Assembly (NCBI GenBank): GCA_965205865.1
Contig: CBDBHR010000030.1
Coordinates: forward strand, 1,184,001 to 1,248,000
Direction of reading: 5' to 3'
From: a bacterium
GTDB taxonomy: Bacteria > SAR324 > NAC60-12
DNA length: 64,000 nt
The translations under genes and the position numbers were made by a program. The notes beneath the pieces are model-generated. The model saw only the letters and a program-made list of their open reading frames with translations. It was not told the origin of the DNA and did no database searches. Within the stretch, counting starts at the first letter, position 1, and each line of letters opens with the position of its first letter. Below, piece by piece: positions 29,277 through 39,329 of this stretch.

Positions 29277-31784
29277 ATGTCGCAAGAAGATCGATATTCC
29301 GAGGTAAACACCCCCATCCAAATTCCCATGCTGCCCATGAGAGACATTGTGGTTTTCCCCCGCATGACCGCGCCTTTTTTCATCGGGAGAGCCCCCTCCA
29401 TGGCTGCCTTGGAAAAAGCTCTGGCAACCGATCGCCGGGTTTTTGTAGTAGCGCAGCAGGATCCCATGATTGAATCACCCTCTGCGAAAGATTTGTTCCG
29501 GATGGGGACCATAGGCCAGATCCTCCAGATCATGCGTCTACACAATGGCACCATCAAAGCCCTGTTCGAGGCCAAAACTCGCGGCATGCTGATTGAAGCC
29601 AGTCTGACAGGTTCTTTTTATTCGGCACTTGTCGAACCCCTCCCGGAAGCCGTGTTTCATACTCCGGAATTGGTTGCATTGAGCAAAAATGTCCGGCATG
29701 AGTTGAAACGCTATCTCAAAGAAGTCAAAAAGCACACTGAACGTATTGAAAAGCTGGCCCTGGATAAGGAAGAACCCTGCCACCTGGCCGACCGCATTGC
29801 GCCGCTATTGAACATGGATCTGAAGAAAAAACAGGAACTCCTGGAAATTTCAGATGCTCAAAGACGACTGGAAATCGTTTACGAGCGGATGCTGGAAGAA
29901 AATGAATTGAAAAAAGTGGAGCGCAAACTCAAAGAACGCGTCCAAGGGCAAATAGGCAGAACTCAAAAGGAATACTATCTCAACGAACAAATCAAAGCTA
30001 TCCAAAAAGAGCTGGGACAAGGAGAAGACGGAAAAGCGGAAATTGAAGAATACACCAAAAAAGTCGCAGACACCCCGCTTTCCAAGGAAGCCGGAGAGGT
30101 GGCTGTAAAGGAAGTAAAAAAACTGAAAATGATGCAACCGATGTCGGCAGAGGCCAATGTGGTGAGGAATTATCTGGATTGGTTGCTGGGCATGCCCTGG
30201 GGTGAAAAAACCGAAGATCATTTTGAATTAGGAGATGCCGAGAAAGTTCTCGACGTCGAGCATTATGGTTTGAGAAAAATAAAAGAGCGGATTATTGAAT
30301 ATTTAGCGGTTGCGCAGAAAGTAGGACAGATGAATGGTCCGATCATTTGTCTGGTGGGGCCTCCGGGTGTGGGGAAGACCTCTCTTGCCCGCTCAGTCGC
30401 CAAAGCGCTTGGCAGAAAATTCGTACGCATGAGTCTGGGAGGGGTGCGGGACGAAGCAGAAATCAGGGGGCACCGTCGTACTTACATTGGCGCTCTTCCC
30501 GGAAAAATCATTCAGTCGGTCCGTAAGGCGAAAAGCACCAACCCTCTGATGCTGCTCGACGAGTTGGACAAGATGACCTATGGAGTTATGGGCGACCCTG
30601 CTGCCGCCTTGTTGGAAGTGTTGGACCGGGAACAAAACCACTCTTTCATGGATCACTATCTGGAGATTGAATTCGATTTATCCGATGTCCTTTTCTTTTG
30701 TACCGCCAACGTCGACCAAAATATCCCTCTCACTTTGAAAGATCGGATGGAAGTCATCACTTTATCCGGATACACCGAATTGGAAAAAGAGCACATCGCC
30801 GCACGGCATTTGATTCCCAAACAGATTGAAGAAAACGGATTGAAAAAGGAGCAGATCAGGTTCCAGCGTAAAGGATTGACAGAAATCATCCAGCGCTACA
30901 CGCGAGAAGCCGGGGTGCGGGATCTCGAACGCTCCATTTCCAAGGTCTGCCGCAAAGTAGCCCGCCAGATTGTACAAAAGCATGGGGCTAAAAACCCCTC
31001 CCCCGGCCCCTCCCTCAAGGGGAGGGGAGAACTGATCGATAAAACAATTGTGGTGACGGAGAAACGAATTCACGATTATCTGGGAGTTCCATGTTATAAA
31101 CACAAGGAAATCGCAGAGAAAAATGAAATTGGAACCGCGTGCGGACTGGCCTGGACATCGGTAGGTGGTAAATTGCTCACCAATGAAGTGTGCCTGATGA
31201 AGGGAAAAGGCAATCTGAAATTAACGGGGCAATTGGGCGAAGTGATGAAAGAATCCGCAAAGGCCGCTTTGAGCTATGTGCGCAGCAATGCGAATATGCT
31301 CGGAATTTATTCATCGGTCTTTCAAGAAACCGACATCCATATCCATGTTCCGGAAGGTTCCGTTCCCAAAGATGGTCCATCGGCTGGAATTACCATGACC
31401 ACCTCCTTGATAAGCGCCTTCACCAGCATTCCTGTGAGAAAGGAGGTTGCCATGACCGGAGAAATCACCTTACGGGGAAGAATTTTGCCCATTGGTGGAC
31501 TGAAAGAGAAATTGTTGGCTGCCAAACGGGGAGGAGTTCAAACCGTCTTGATTCCTGATAAAAATGAAAAAGACTTGGTAGAGATTCCGGTTGAGATCAA
31601 AAAAGAGTTGACGATTGTCCCTGTCACTTTTGCGGAGGATGCCTTGAAAGTGGCGTTGGAACGTCTACCAGTTGCCGTGGAAGATCCTCCGAAGGAAGAA
31701 GAAAACGCCCGTGAAACTGCAACCAACGTGATTGCGGAGGAATCTTTCACTGAGCATGAAGTCCCCAGTTTTCCTCACAATTAA
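29277..31784 (+). CDS. lon: Lon protease
   Basis: GPPGVGKT, RGHRRTYIGA, PKDGPSAG. Confidence 0.97.
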   Translation: MSQEDRYSEVNTPIQIPMLPMRDIVVFPRMTAPFFIGRAPSMAALEKALATDRRVFVVAQQDPMIESPSAKDLFRMGTIGQILQIMRLHNGTIKALFEAKTRGMLIEASLTGSFYSALVEPLPEAVFHTPELVALSKNVRHELKRYLKEVKKHTERIEKLALDKEEPCHLADRIAPLLNMDLKKKQELLEISDAQRRLEIVYERMLEENELKKVERKLKERVQGQIGRTQKEYYLNEQIKAIQKELGQGEDGKAEIEEYTKKVADTPLSKEAGEVAVKEVKKLKMMQPMSAEANVVRNYLDWLLGMPWGEKTEDHFELGDAEKVLDVEHYGLRKIKERIIEYLAVAQKVGQMNGPIICLVGPPGVGKTSLARSVAKALGRKFVRMSLGGVRDEAEIRGHRRTYIGALPGKIIQSVRKAKSTNPLMLLDELDKMTYGVMGDPAAALLEVLDREQNHSFMDHYLEIEFDLSDVLFFCTANVDQNIPLTLKDRMEVITLSGYTELEKEHIAARHLIPKQIEENGLKKEQIRFQRKGLTEIIQRYTREAGVRDLERSISKVCRKVARQIVQKHGAKNPSPGPSLKGRGELIDKTIVVTEKRIHDYLGVPCYKHKEIAEKNEIGTACGLAWTSVGGKLLTNEVCLMKGKGNLKLTGQLGEVMKESAKAALSYVRSNANMLGIYSSVFQETDIHIHVPEGSVPKDGPSAGITMTTSLISAFTSIPVRKEVAMTGEITLRGRILPIGGLKEKLLAAKRGGVQTVLIPDKNEKDLVEIPVEIKKELTIVPVTFAEDALKVALERLPVAVEDPPKEEENARETATNVIAEESFTEHEVPSFPHN
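30995..31034. repeat. 40-bp palindromic repeat in frame inside lon; identical copy at 31792-31831 and a related copy at about 33178-33218
   Basis: CCCCTCCCCCGGCCCCTCCCTCAAGGGGAGGGGAGAACTG occurs twice. Confidence 0.9.
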
Positions 31785-31840
31785 GAAAAACCCCCTCCCC
31801 CGGCCCCTCCCTCAAGGGGAGGGGAGAACTGGGGGATTGG

Positions 31841-33123
31841 TCAAAGTTCTTGTAGGGCCAGTTTAACGGCATGCGCAGTTTTCTCCAAATCCGCTTCCGA
31901 GTGTACCGTGGATATAAAGAGGGATTCGAAAGCGGAGGGGGCGAGATAGATTCCTGCCGCCAACATTTCTTTGAAAAACTTCTTAAATCCCGCTACGTCC
32001 GTTTGTAAGGCATCTTGATAATTGCGTACCGGGTTTGCGGCAAAGAAAAAACCAAACATCCCTCCCATGTGATGGGCTTGAAAAGGGAGGCCTGCTTTTT
32101 CGAACAGACTCGTCATTTCATTGACCAGCCACGAACATTTTTGGCTGAGATCCGCATAAACTCCTTCACATTTGAGCAATTGAAGGGTGGCAATGCCCGC
32201 TGCTACCGCAATGGGATTGCCCGACAAGGTGCCTGCCTGATAAACCGGGCCGACAGGGGCAACTTGCAACATGATATCCTGACGGCCGCCATACGCGCCC
32301 ACAGGTAAACCTCCTCCAATCACTTTGCCAAAAGTGGTGAGATCCGGCTGAACGTTTAAAAGAGCTTGCGCCCCTCCGTAATCCACGCGGAAACCGCTCA
32401 TCACTTCATCAAAATAAGCACCATCCCTTCCCGATTACACAAATTCCGCAATCCCTGCAAGAATCCATGTTCCGGTAAAATCATTCCCATGTTTCCCGCC
32501 ACCGGCTCGACGATCACTGCCGCTATTTCCTGAGGATGAAGATCCAGCAGTTCGATCACCGAATCGAGATCATTGTAACGCGCCAACAGAGTCAACTCCA
32601 CAAATGCTTGTGGCACTCCGGCAGAATCAGGTTTGCCCAAAGTGGTGGCACCCGAACCGGCTTGTACGAGTAAGGGATCCACGCTGCCGTGATAACATCC
32701 TTCGAACTTTATGATCTTGTCTTTTCCGGTATAGCCACGCGCAGTCCGGATTGCCCCCATAGTGGCTTCACCGCCGGAGTTGACGAGCCTCAGAATCTCG
32801 ATGCCCGGCACGGCTTCTTTGACCATCTCCGCTAAAACGACCTCGTTTTCAGTAGGGGCGCCGAATGAGGTACCGGCATGCAGCGCTTTTTCCACTGCCT
32901 CCATCACCGCTTGATGACAATGACCTAAAATGAGGGGTCCCCAAGAGCCCACATAGTCGATGAACTCGTTGCCATCAATATCATAAATTTTTGATCCTTT
33001 GCCTCGCTCAATGAAAAGGGGGTGTGTCTCCACGGATTTGAATGCGCGAACGGGACTGTTTACGCCTCCTGGAATCGATAGTTGCGCACGCTCGAAAAGT
33101 TGAAGAGATCGACTGAATTTCAT
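31841..33123 (-). CDS. hemL: Glutamate-1-semialdehyde 2,1-aminomutase with an apparent -1 frameshift at about 32412
   Basis: [16 protein letters not shown] and TFGKVIGGG are present. Adding one T restores [11 protein letters not shown]. Confidence 0.9.
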
Positions 33124-33306
33124 GGCTATGTCCTTATCAAAGAGAGCCTGCAACGCGGGCTGCTGGTAATAACGCCACTCCCCCCTCCCCTAACCCCTCC
33201 CTCGTGGGGAGGGGGACTCCTTCCGAGCCATAGAAAAGCAAGAAAAGACCCTCGAGCAATGGATCGACTGATTGGGAAAGATTTGTCACAAAATGATAGC
33301 AGCAGA

Positions 33307-36300
33307 CTATGGATTTTGTTGCGAATCTTTAAATTGGTCAAAGGATTGGACTATGATTCCCGACCCTGGAATATCCGTGTGTGATTGACCCACCATGCGA
33401 ATTGCCAAATAGGGATTTTCTTCAAGAGAGAGCGTGTTTTCCAAAATCTCCACCACTTCGTCCCGTGTCACTTCCTCAATGGCTTTGATATTTTCACTGA
33501 CGTAATCAAAGTCTGCGTCTTTTTCAAAAGCTTGATAAAACAGGAAATTCGCTTCTTCGGAAATCGTGGCGTATTTCTCCAGTTGGGAATTGATCACGGA
33601 TTGCCGGAAATTTTCAAATTCACCATCAGGCAACTGTTTAAACTCTTCAATGAATTTGGGAATATAGGCTTCTACTCGTTCTTGCAGCAGACCTGGAGGA
33701 TATTTACCGGATTGCACCATCAACATCCACCCCAGGGTTTTTTCCATCCATGATATATCGCCAAAAACGGTATATCCCAACTGTTGCTCGGTCCTCAATT
33801 CACTATATGCCCAGGAGCGCAAAGCGGTGGCAATGATCAGCATCGCTCCCCGCAGCCGGGGATTGCTTGCTCCTACCTGAACTTCAAAGAGCAAGGCGGA
33901 ATTGTCGATTTTCACTTTTTTGGAAAAAATGAAATCTTTGCTATTGTTGATCCGCACAATTGTATTCTCAAAAAGTTCCTCTCGGGGCAGAGGCTGTCCC
34001 TGCAAATTTCGCAACATTTCCTGAAGGGCTTGCCGGGCCTTTTCTTTTTCCAGATTTCCATAGACCACTCCCTGGACGTAGAAAGAGCGATAGAGTGTTT
34101 TTGTATAAGCTATCAAATCATCCAAGGTGATGTTTTTAATTACTTCCTGATATTGGTCTATTGAAAATTTCTTTTCTTCCATGAGCAATGAACGCGCATA
34201 AAACGCTTGCTGATAGGCTTGATTGAACTGGAAATTCTGGTAGATACGCAGACGCCGCTCCTTCAAGGATTGAAACGTTGCTTCATCAATGGTGATCTCC
34301 TGCAGTTTGGTCAACAGGATTTTAGAAAGAGTGAAAATGCGATCTGAATAGCCACTGACATTGACTGTGATTCCCTCTTTACCGGTTCTGATCCCAAATT
34401 CCAATCCGGCAATCCGCACCGCATAGCCAAATTCGTTCAATCCTTCATTGATGGCATTGGTATACAATTGGGAGAGCACCGCTGATTTCGGAGAACTGTA
34501 AACCTGAGGCGTATGAATCAGCAATGTCAGTTCCGCTTTCGGGGTGTGAAAGCGTAAATCCTGCTGAAACCAGACTTCCCCTTGCTCATTGTCCAGGATT
34601 TTTTGAGGACGGGCCATGGCGTGTTTGAAGATCAACTTGCGAAATGGTTGAATCTCTTCCGCACGGCCCGGGAATAACTGCTCTTGAAATTCTTGCCAGG
34701 ACGCCCAATATTTTCCCTGATGCGTCTCCAGCACATTGAGGATGGGCTGGGGAATTTGCTCTTGTTTCAATCCAACCAGGGACTGATAGGCGAGCATAAA
34801 CTGAGTGATTGAAGAAACCAGATTCAGATTTTCCGGGATAAAAATATTCTTTTCCGGCAAATCCATTTCTTCATGAGGCTGGACTTTCTGCAGCGTACGA
34901 ATGAAATCCGGATTGTCTTCGGTATAAGAATAATTGGCTCCGAAATAAGGCTCGGTCTTGTCTGTTTTCAAGCCCTTGGCCATCAAAGTGACCAGCATGT
35001 TGTCCGCAGTGAGGCGAAACAGAATGCTGTCGAAATGGTGAGGTTCGTAGCGATCATAAAGAAATGGCGCCGTTTCTACCAAGTCCATTGGAATGTAGTG
35101 GAGTAAGGAAGCAAAGCCGATGACCAGATCCGTGCCATCGGTTTTTTCCTCAAAACGATAATCGATCACCGCCATCTGCTCGAGTTCCTCAAAAAGCTCT
35201 TCTTGAAAGCCCGTGCGTCTTAAAAGTCGGATGTATTGAAAAATCCGTTTGACGACCGTTTCATATTGTTCCAATCCTTTCGGCGTCAGTTGCACTGTAA
35301 CAGTAAATCGCCCATAGGCTTTTCCGGAAGAACCTCCTGCGGAAAGACCTGTGGCCAGACCTTCCTTTTTGAGCAAGGAGAGGAGGCTTCCTTTTCCTTC
35401 GTGACCAATGAGGTGTCCTAAGGCATAGCTGGGTTTGGTTTCATAGAGCCTTTGGATACTGGGCAGCGGAAAGATGAGTTTAAGGGAACGGGTATCTTTG
35501 AGCGGTTCAATCCGGACCACCCGAAACTGATCGCTTTTCTTCAAATAAGTTTGAGGGATCCTGATTGGACTGACCGGCAGATTGCGAATCTGGCTGAAGT
35601 ACGTCTCCACCCATTCATGCAGAGTGTCCAGATCCTGCTTTCCCAAAACAGCCAGTGTCATCGAGTTCGCAGAATAGTATTTGTCGTAAAATTCCAGCAA
35701 ATCCTCTCTGGTGGTGTTTTGCAAGGTCGCCACGTTGCCAATACGAAAATTTTGTGCCGGGTGATTGGGGGTAAATAAGGAAGCCTCCACTTGCGACACG
35801 CGCCAATGATCGCTGGGTCGCTTTTGGGTATATTCTGACTCCACCACTTCCAATTCACGCTTGACATATTCCGGATTGAATAGAGGGGCGATAAAAAACT
35901 GGGCAAAGCGATCGAGCGCTTCTTCCAAATGCTCCCCGGCCACTTGAAAATAATAGTTAGTCGTCTCGTTCGTTGTGAATGCGTTGCTGAATCCGTCATG
36001 ACTGGTAAGAAAATCTTTGTCGTCGTCAACATCCGGGTATTTTTCAGTCCCTAAAAACAACATGTGTTCTAAAAAATGGGCTATTCCCTGATGCTCGGGG
36101 GGATCGCTCAAAGATCCGACTGCCACACTGAGCGACGCCGCTCCGTGATGCGCGGTGGGATCAGAAACTAAAATGACCTTCAAGGAATTGGGAAGGATAA
36201 ATCGACGATATTGCCGCTGCTCATAACGTGGGTCCGTTCTGTCTGTTGCCCAGGTGTTTAAATGTTGAGAAGGAAAAAGAAAGAAAAACACAAAAAATAT

Positions 36301-36324
36301 AAATAGATATCTCATGGTATTCAT
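33307..36324 (-). CDS. Second secreted M16 (pitrilysin-like) peptidase
   Basis: Signal peptide, HFLEH, NAFT, LRTEQQLGY. Confidence 0.93.
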   Translation of the reverse strand: MNTMRYLFIFFVFFFLFPSQHLNTWATDRTDPRYEQRQYRRFILPNSLKVILVSDPTAHHGAASLSVAVGSLSDPPEHQGIAHFLEHMLFLGTEKYPDVDDDKDFLTSHDGFSNAFTTNETTNYYFQVAGEHLEEALDRFAQFFIAPLFNPEYVKRELEVVESEYTQKRPSDHWRVSQVEASLFTPNHPAQNFRIGNVATLQNTTREDLLEFYDKYYSANSMTLAVLGKQDLDTLHEWVETYFSQIRNLPVSPIRIPQTYLKKSDQFRVVRIEPLKDTRSLKLIFPLPSIQRLYETKPSYALGHLIGHEGKGSLLSLLKKEGLATGLSAGGSSGKAYGRFTVTVQLTPKGLEQYETVVKRIFQYIRLLRRTGFQEELFEELEQMAVIDYRFEEKTDGTDLVIGFASLLHYIPMDLVETAPFLYDRYEPHHFDSILFRLTADNMLVTLMAKGLKTDKTEPYFGANYSYTEDNPDFIRTLQKVQPHEEMDLPEKNIFIPENLNLVSSITQFMLAYQSLVGLKQEQIPQPILNVLETHQGKYWASWQEFQEQLFPGRAEEIQPFRKLIFKHAMARPQKILDNEQGEVWFQQDLRFHTPKAELTLLIHTPQVYSSPKSAVLSQLYTNAINEGLNEFGYAVRIAGLEFGIRTGKEGITVNVSGYSDRIFTLSKILLTKLQEITIDEATFQSLKERRLRIYQNFQFNQAYQQAFYARSLLMEEKKFSIDQYQEVIKNITLDDLIAYTKTLYRSFYVQGVVYGNLEKEKARQALQEMLRNLQGQPLPREELFENTIVRINNSKDFIFSKKVKIDNSALLFEVQVGASNPRLRGAMLIIATALRSWAYSELRTEQQLGYTVFGDISWMEKTLGWMLMVQSGKYPPGLLQERVEAYIPKFIEEFKQLPDGEFENFRQSVINSQLEKYATISEEANFLFYQAFEKDADFDYVSENIKAIEEVTRDEVVEILENTLSLEENPYLAIRMVGQSHTDIPGSGIIVQSFDQFKDSQQNP

Positions 36325-36689
36325 TAGTTCGAGTTAATGCATGTTTCTATGAAATGCTCATTAGAGAATTTGAGGGTTACACTTTGAATAGTTTATTTTA
36401 TTTATCTTTGTTTTTTTGTCAAGTTGCGTTCGAGGGAGTTTAATTGAAAAATAACTATTGCATTTCCCCTCATTCCTCTTATCTGAAAACCGTTGCTCCC
36501 TACCTTCCTGTTATTTCGCCGCTCAAAGGAATCTTTCAGACCTCTACCCTGAAAAACTTAAAAAACCAATAACCTTCTTCATTGAGTTTATGTTTTTTTA
36601 ATCTCTTAGGGTCTGATTCCCCGCAGTCTTGCTGCGATGAAAATGATTTACCAATAAATACGCCGCTGCTTGCCGCAGGGTAGTTCATT

Positions 36690-36972
36690 TTTTTCGCGAA
36701 TCCTGTTTTTTTAGGCTATACGTTGTATAGTAGTGCTAAAATCATGACTTGTTGTTTCAGGGAAGAAGAGGGTTCCCGCTCGATCGATTGAACAATGCCG
36801 TGGTAGGGCGTGAAAACGATGGATCCTCCCCGGGAATCTTTTTTCAACATTTTTGTATTTTAGGCTTGATCCTGAGGATCCTAAGTAGTAGTAGTGTTAA
36901 AATCATTTCTTGTTGTTTTGGGAAAGAGAGGGCGTGAAAACGAGTCATCCCCCCCGGGAATCTTTTTTCAAC
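36690..36972 (+). repeat. Two tandem copies of the structured cassette family (matches 20270-20720)
   Basis: Extended -10 TGnTAAAAT at 36734-36742 and 36895-36903. Both copies end CCCGGGAATCTTTTTTCAAC. Confidence 0.75.
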
Positions 36973-37466
36973 TTTTTGCTATTCTTATGAACTCGAGAGT
37001 GACGAATTCTTGTCAGTCAATGAAATTAAAATCACTGACTGATACACATTCTCATTTCCGCGAAAGCGCATTGGATCAACTTAAGAGTCCGTATATTATT
37101 TCAGTTACTTGGAGTCAAAAATAGAATTCCACACCCCTGGAAAGATGGGCCAGGGGAGCGGGAATCCGTAGTGTTTTCATAGGCTAATGAAGACTGGATC
37201 CCGCATCAAGTGCGGGATGACACGAGAATTCGTAACTCAAGAGCAATGAGAGTAGGCGCGATGAGACGTAGAATCAATAGCAGGCAGTTAACTTCTGACA
37301 AAAGAGGAATTATGAAAGATAAAATCAAAAAAAATATCAATCAACTTCTGAAAAAGGAGAAATTATGCGACATCCAATAAATCAAATCCAATTCACTTCT
37401 AATAAAGAAGAAGCAATGGAACATCCAAGGAATCTTAACCCAAATCAAAGTGAAAGAGGAGGAATC

Positions 37467-39224
37467 ATGGAAAAAAGTATAACCAGAAAAATCAATTCAT
37501 TGTTGTTGACCCTCATCCTGATGGTGACCGTCCTGTGGGTCGGGTCGGTCGTTGCTGCTGAGAAAGAGATGGTCACCGACCCCACCACCGGTAAAATGGT
37601 GAGCGCACCGGAGTATGGCGGGACATTCAGCTGGGGCGATGCGCTCGAGCCTCCGCACTGTGACCCCTACCTGCATGGCCATGGGCCAAGGGTCATCGAT
37701 GAAGTTGGAGAGAAGCTGGGCCTCGGGAACTGGGCAGTAGATCGGGCCGAACATAGCTTTTCAGACCCGTGGATCCCTTCCCATTTCATGACAGGGGCGC
37801 TGGCGGAAAGCTGGGAGATGGCTGACCCACTGACCTATGTCTTCCACATTCGCCAGGGCATTCGCTGGCACGACAAGGCGCCGATGAATGGTCGGAAGTT
37901 CATTGCCCAGGATGTCGTCTATAACTTTCACCGTTATACAGGTACGGGCAGCGGCTTCAGCGAACCGAGCGCCGGTGCCGGCAATCTCGCCTCAATACCA
38001 TTCGAATCGATAACGGCCAGAGACGATGCGACGGTTGTCTTCAAACTGACGAAGCCAAAGGTAGACCTGCCTGACGTTCTCCTGGTCGACTGGTATGCGT
38101 GGATATTACCCCCTGAGGTCATCGAGCAGCATGGCGACCTGACGGACTGCGACAACATGGTCGGCACCGGGCCCTATATGCTGACCGAATGGGTCAAGGG
38201 CAGCTCCCTGACCTATTCCAAGAATCCTGACTACTGGGACTTCGACGAAAAATACCCGCAGAACCGCTTACCCTACATCGACCAGATAAATCGGTTGATC
38301 ATGCCGGATAAGGCAACATCGCTGGCGGCGCTGCGCTCGGCCAAGCTCGATTACGTCGGTCAGCCTGGCATCAATCAGTTACAAGCGTCCCAGGTAGAGA
38401 GCCTCGAGCGCACCAACCCCGAAATCGTAGTATGGCCGTGGGCCTTTCGGTCGGAGACCTCCGCTGCATTCAACGTGCGCCACCCGTCGCCCTTTCAAGA
38501 CATCCGGGTGCGTAAGGCCATGCAGATGGCCATTGATATCGAAACCATTAACAAGACCTACTTTGGGGGCTTTGGAATGACGACGCCCCAAGGGATTATA
38601 GGGGATGGTCTGAAGGGGTACTTCGTCCCATTCGAAGAGTGGCCCGAAGAGACCAAGAACGTCTTTACTTATGACCCGGAAGGGGCGATGCGGCTTCTGG
38701 CTGAAGCGGGCTATCCCAATGGCTTCAAGGCCGTCCATAACCCTTTGCCCTCATGGGGGCTGGGCTATCAAGAGATAGTCGTTGAATACTGGGCTGCGAT
38801 TGGCGTTGACGTAGAGATCAAGACGCATGAAGGCACTCAGTTGACGGGATTAATAACTGACGGTTCGTATGAAGGCATGACCTTTATGGATCTCGGCAAT
38901 GACACCTCGCCTCCCTTGCTGCTAAACCGGCTTCAAATCGGGGCGGTGTGGGGCCGCACCGGACACCAGGACCCCGTGATGCAGTCCAAGGTTGAAGCCG
39001 CTATGGCCGCTCCCACCCTCGAGGAGCAGCAGCGGCTGACCGCGGAGGCAGATTTGTACATGATCGAGCAGCATTGGTACATATGGGGTCCCAAAGTTCC
39101 CCAATTCGACGCGATCCAGCCGTGGGTGATAGGTTTCAACGGTGAAATCTTTGTTGGCAACTCACATGCGCCGTTCTCCCGTCTGTGGATCGATAGTGCG
39201 CTGAAGAAAGAAATGGGGCATTAG
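37467..39224 (+). CDS. ABC transporter substrate-binding protein, family 5
   Basis: GGAGG RBS, signal peptide, PEYGG, VGTGPY, DIRVRKAM. Confidence 0.92.
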   Translation: MEKSITRKINSLLLTLILMVTVLWVGSVVAAEKEMVTDPTTGKMVSAPEYGGTFSWGDALEPPHCDPYLHGHGPRVIDEVGEKLGLGNWAVDRAEHSFSDPWIPSHFMTGALAESWEMADPLTYVFHIRQGIRWHDKAPMNGRKFIAQDVVYNFHRYTGTGSGFSEPSAGAGNLASIPFESITARDDATVVFKLTKPKVDLPDVLLVDWYAWILPPEVIEQHGDLTDCDNMVGTGPYMLTEWVKGSSLTYSKNPDYWDFDEKYPQNRLPYIDQINRLIMPDKATSLAALRSAKLDYVGQPGINQLQASQVESLERTNPEIVVWPWAFRSETSAAFNVRHPSPFQDIRVRKAMQMAIDIETINKTYFGGFGMTTPQGIIGDGLKGYFVPFEEWPEETKNVFTYDPEGAMRLLAEAGYPNGFKAVHNPLPSWGLGYQEIVVEYWAAIGVDVEIKTHEGTQLTGLITDGSYEGMTFMDLGNDTSPPLLLNRLQIGAVWGRTGHQDPVMQSKVEAAMAAPTLEEQQRLTAEADLYMIEQHWYIWGPKVPQFDAIQPWVIGFNGEIFVGNSHAPFSRLWIDSALKKEMGH

Positions 39225-39329
39225 GAGCTGTGTTAAAACCTTGTTCCCCCTCTCCTGGTGGGAGGCAGAGAAGCAGTTTGGCCACAGGCGTGGCCAGTAA
39301 AAACTACTGAACGCGGGAGGGGGCATCAT

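Noticed and set aside
36810-36990. Small peptides (MKTxxPPRESFFN...) encoded by the cassette family, as a type I toxin
   Set aside because: SD-to-start spacing is only 1-2 nt, and the similarity is explained by the shared DNA; not excluded, but unsupported.
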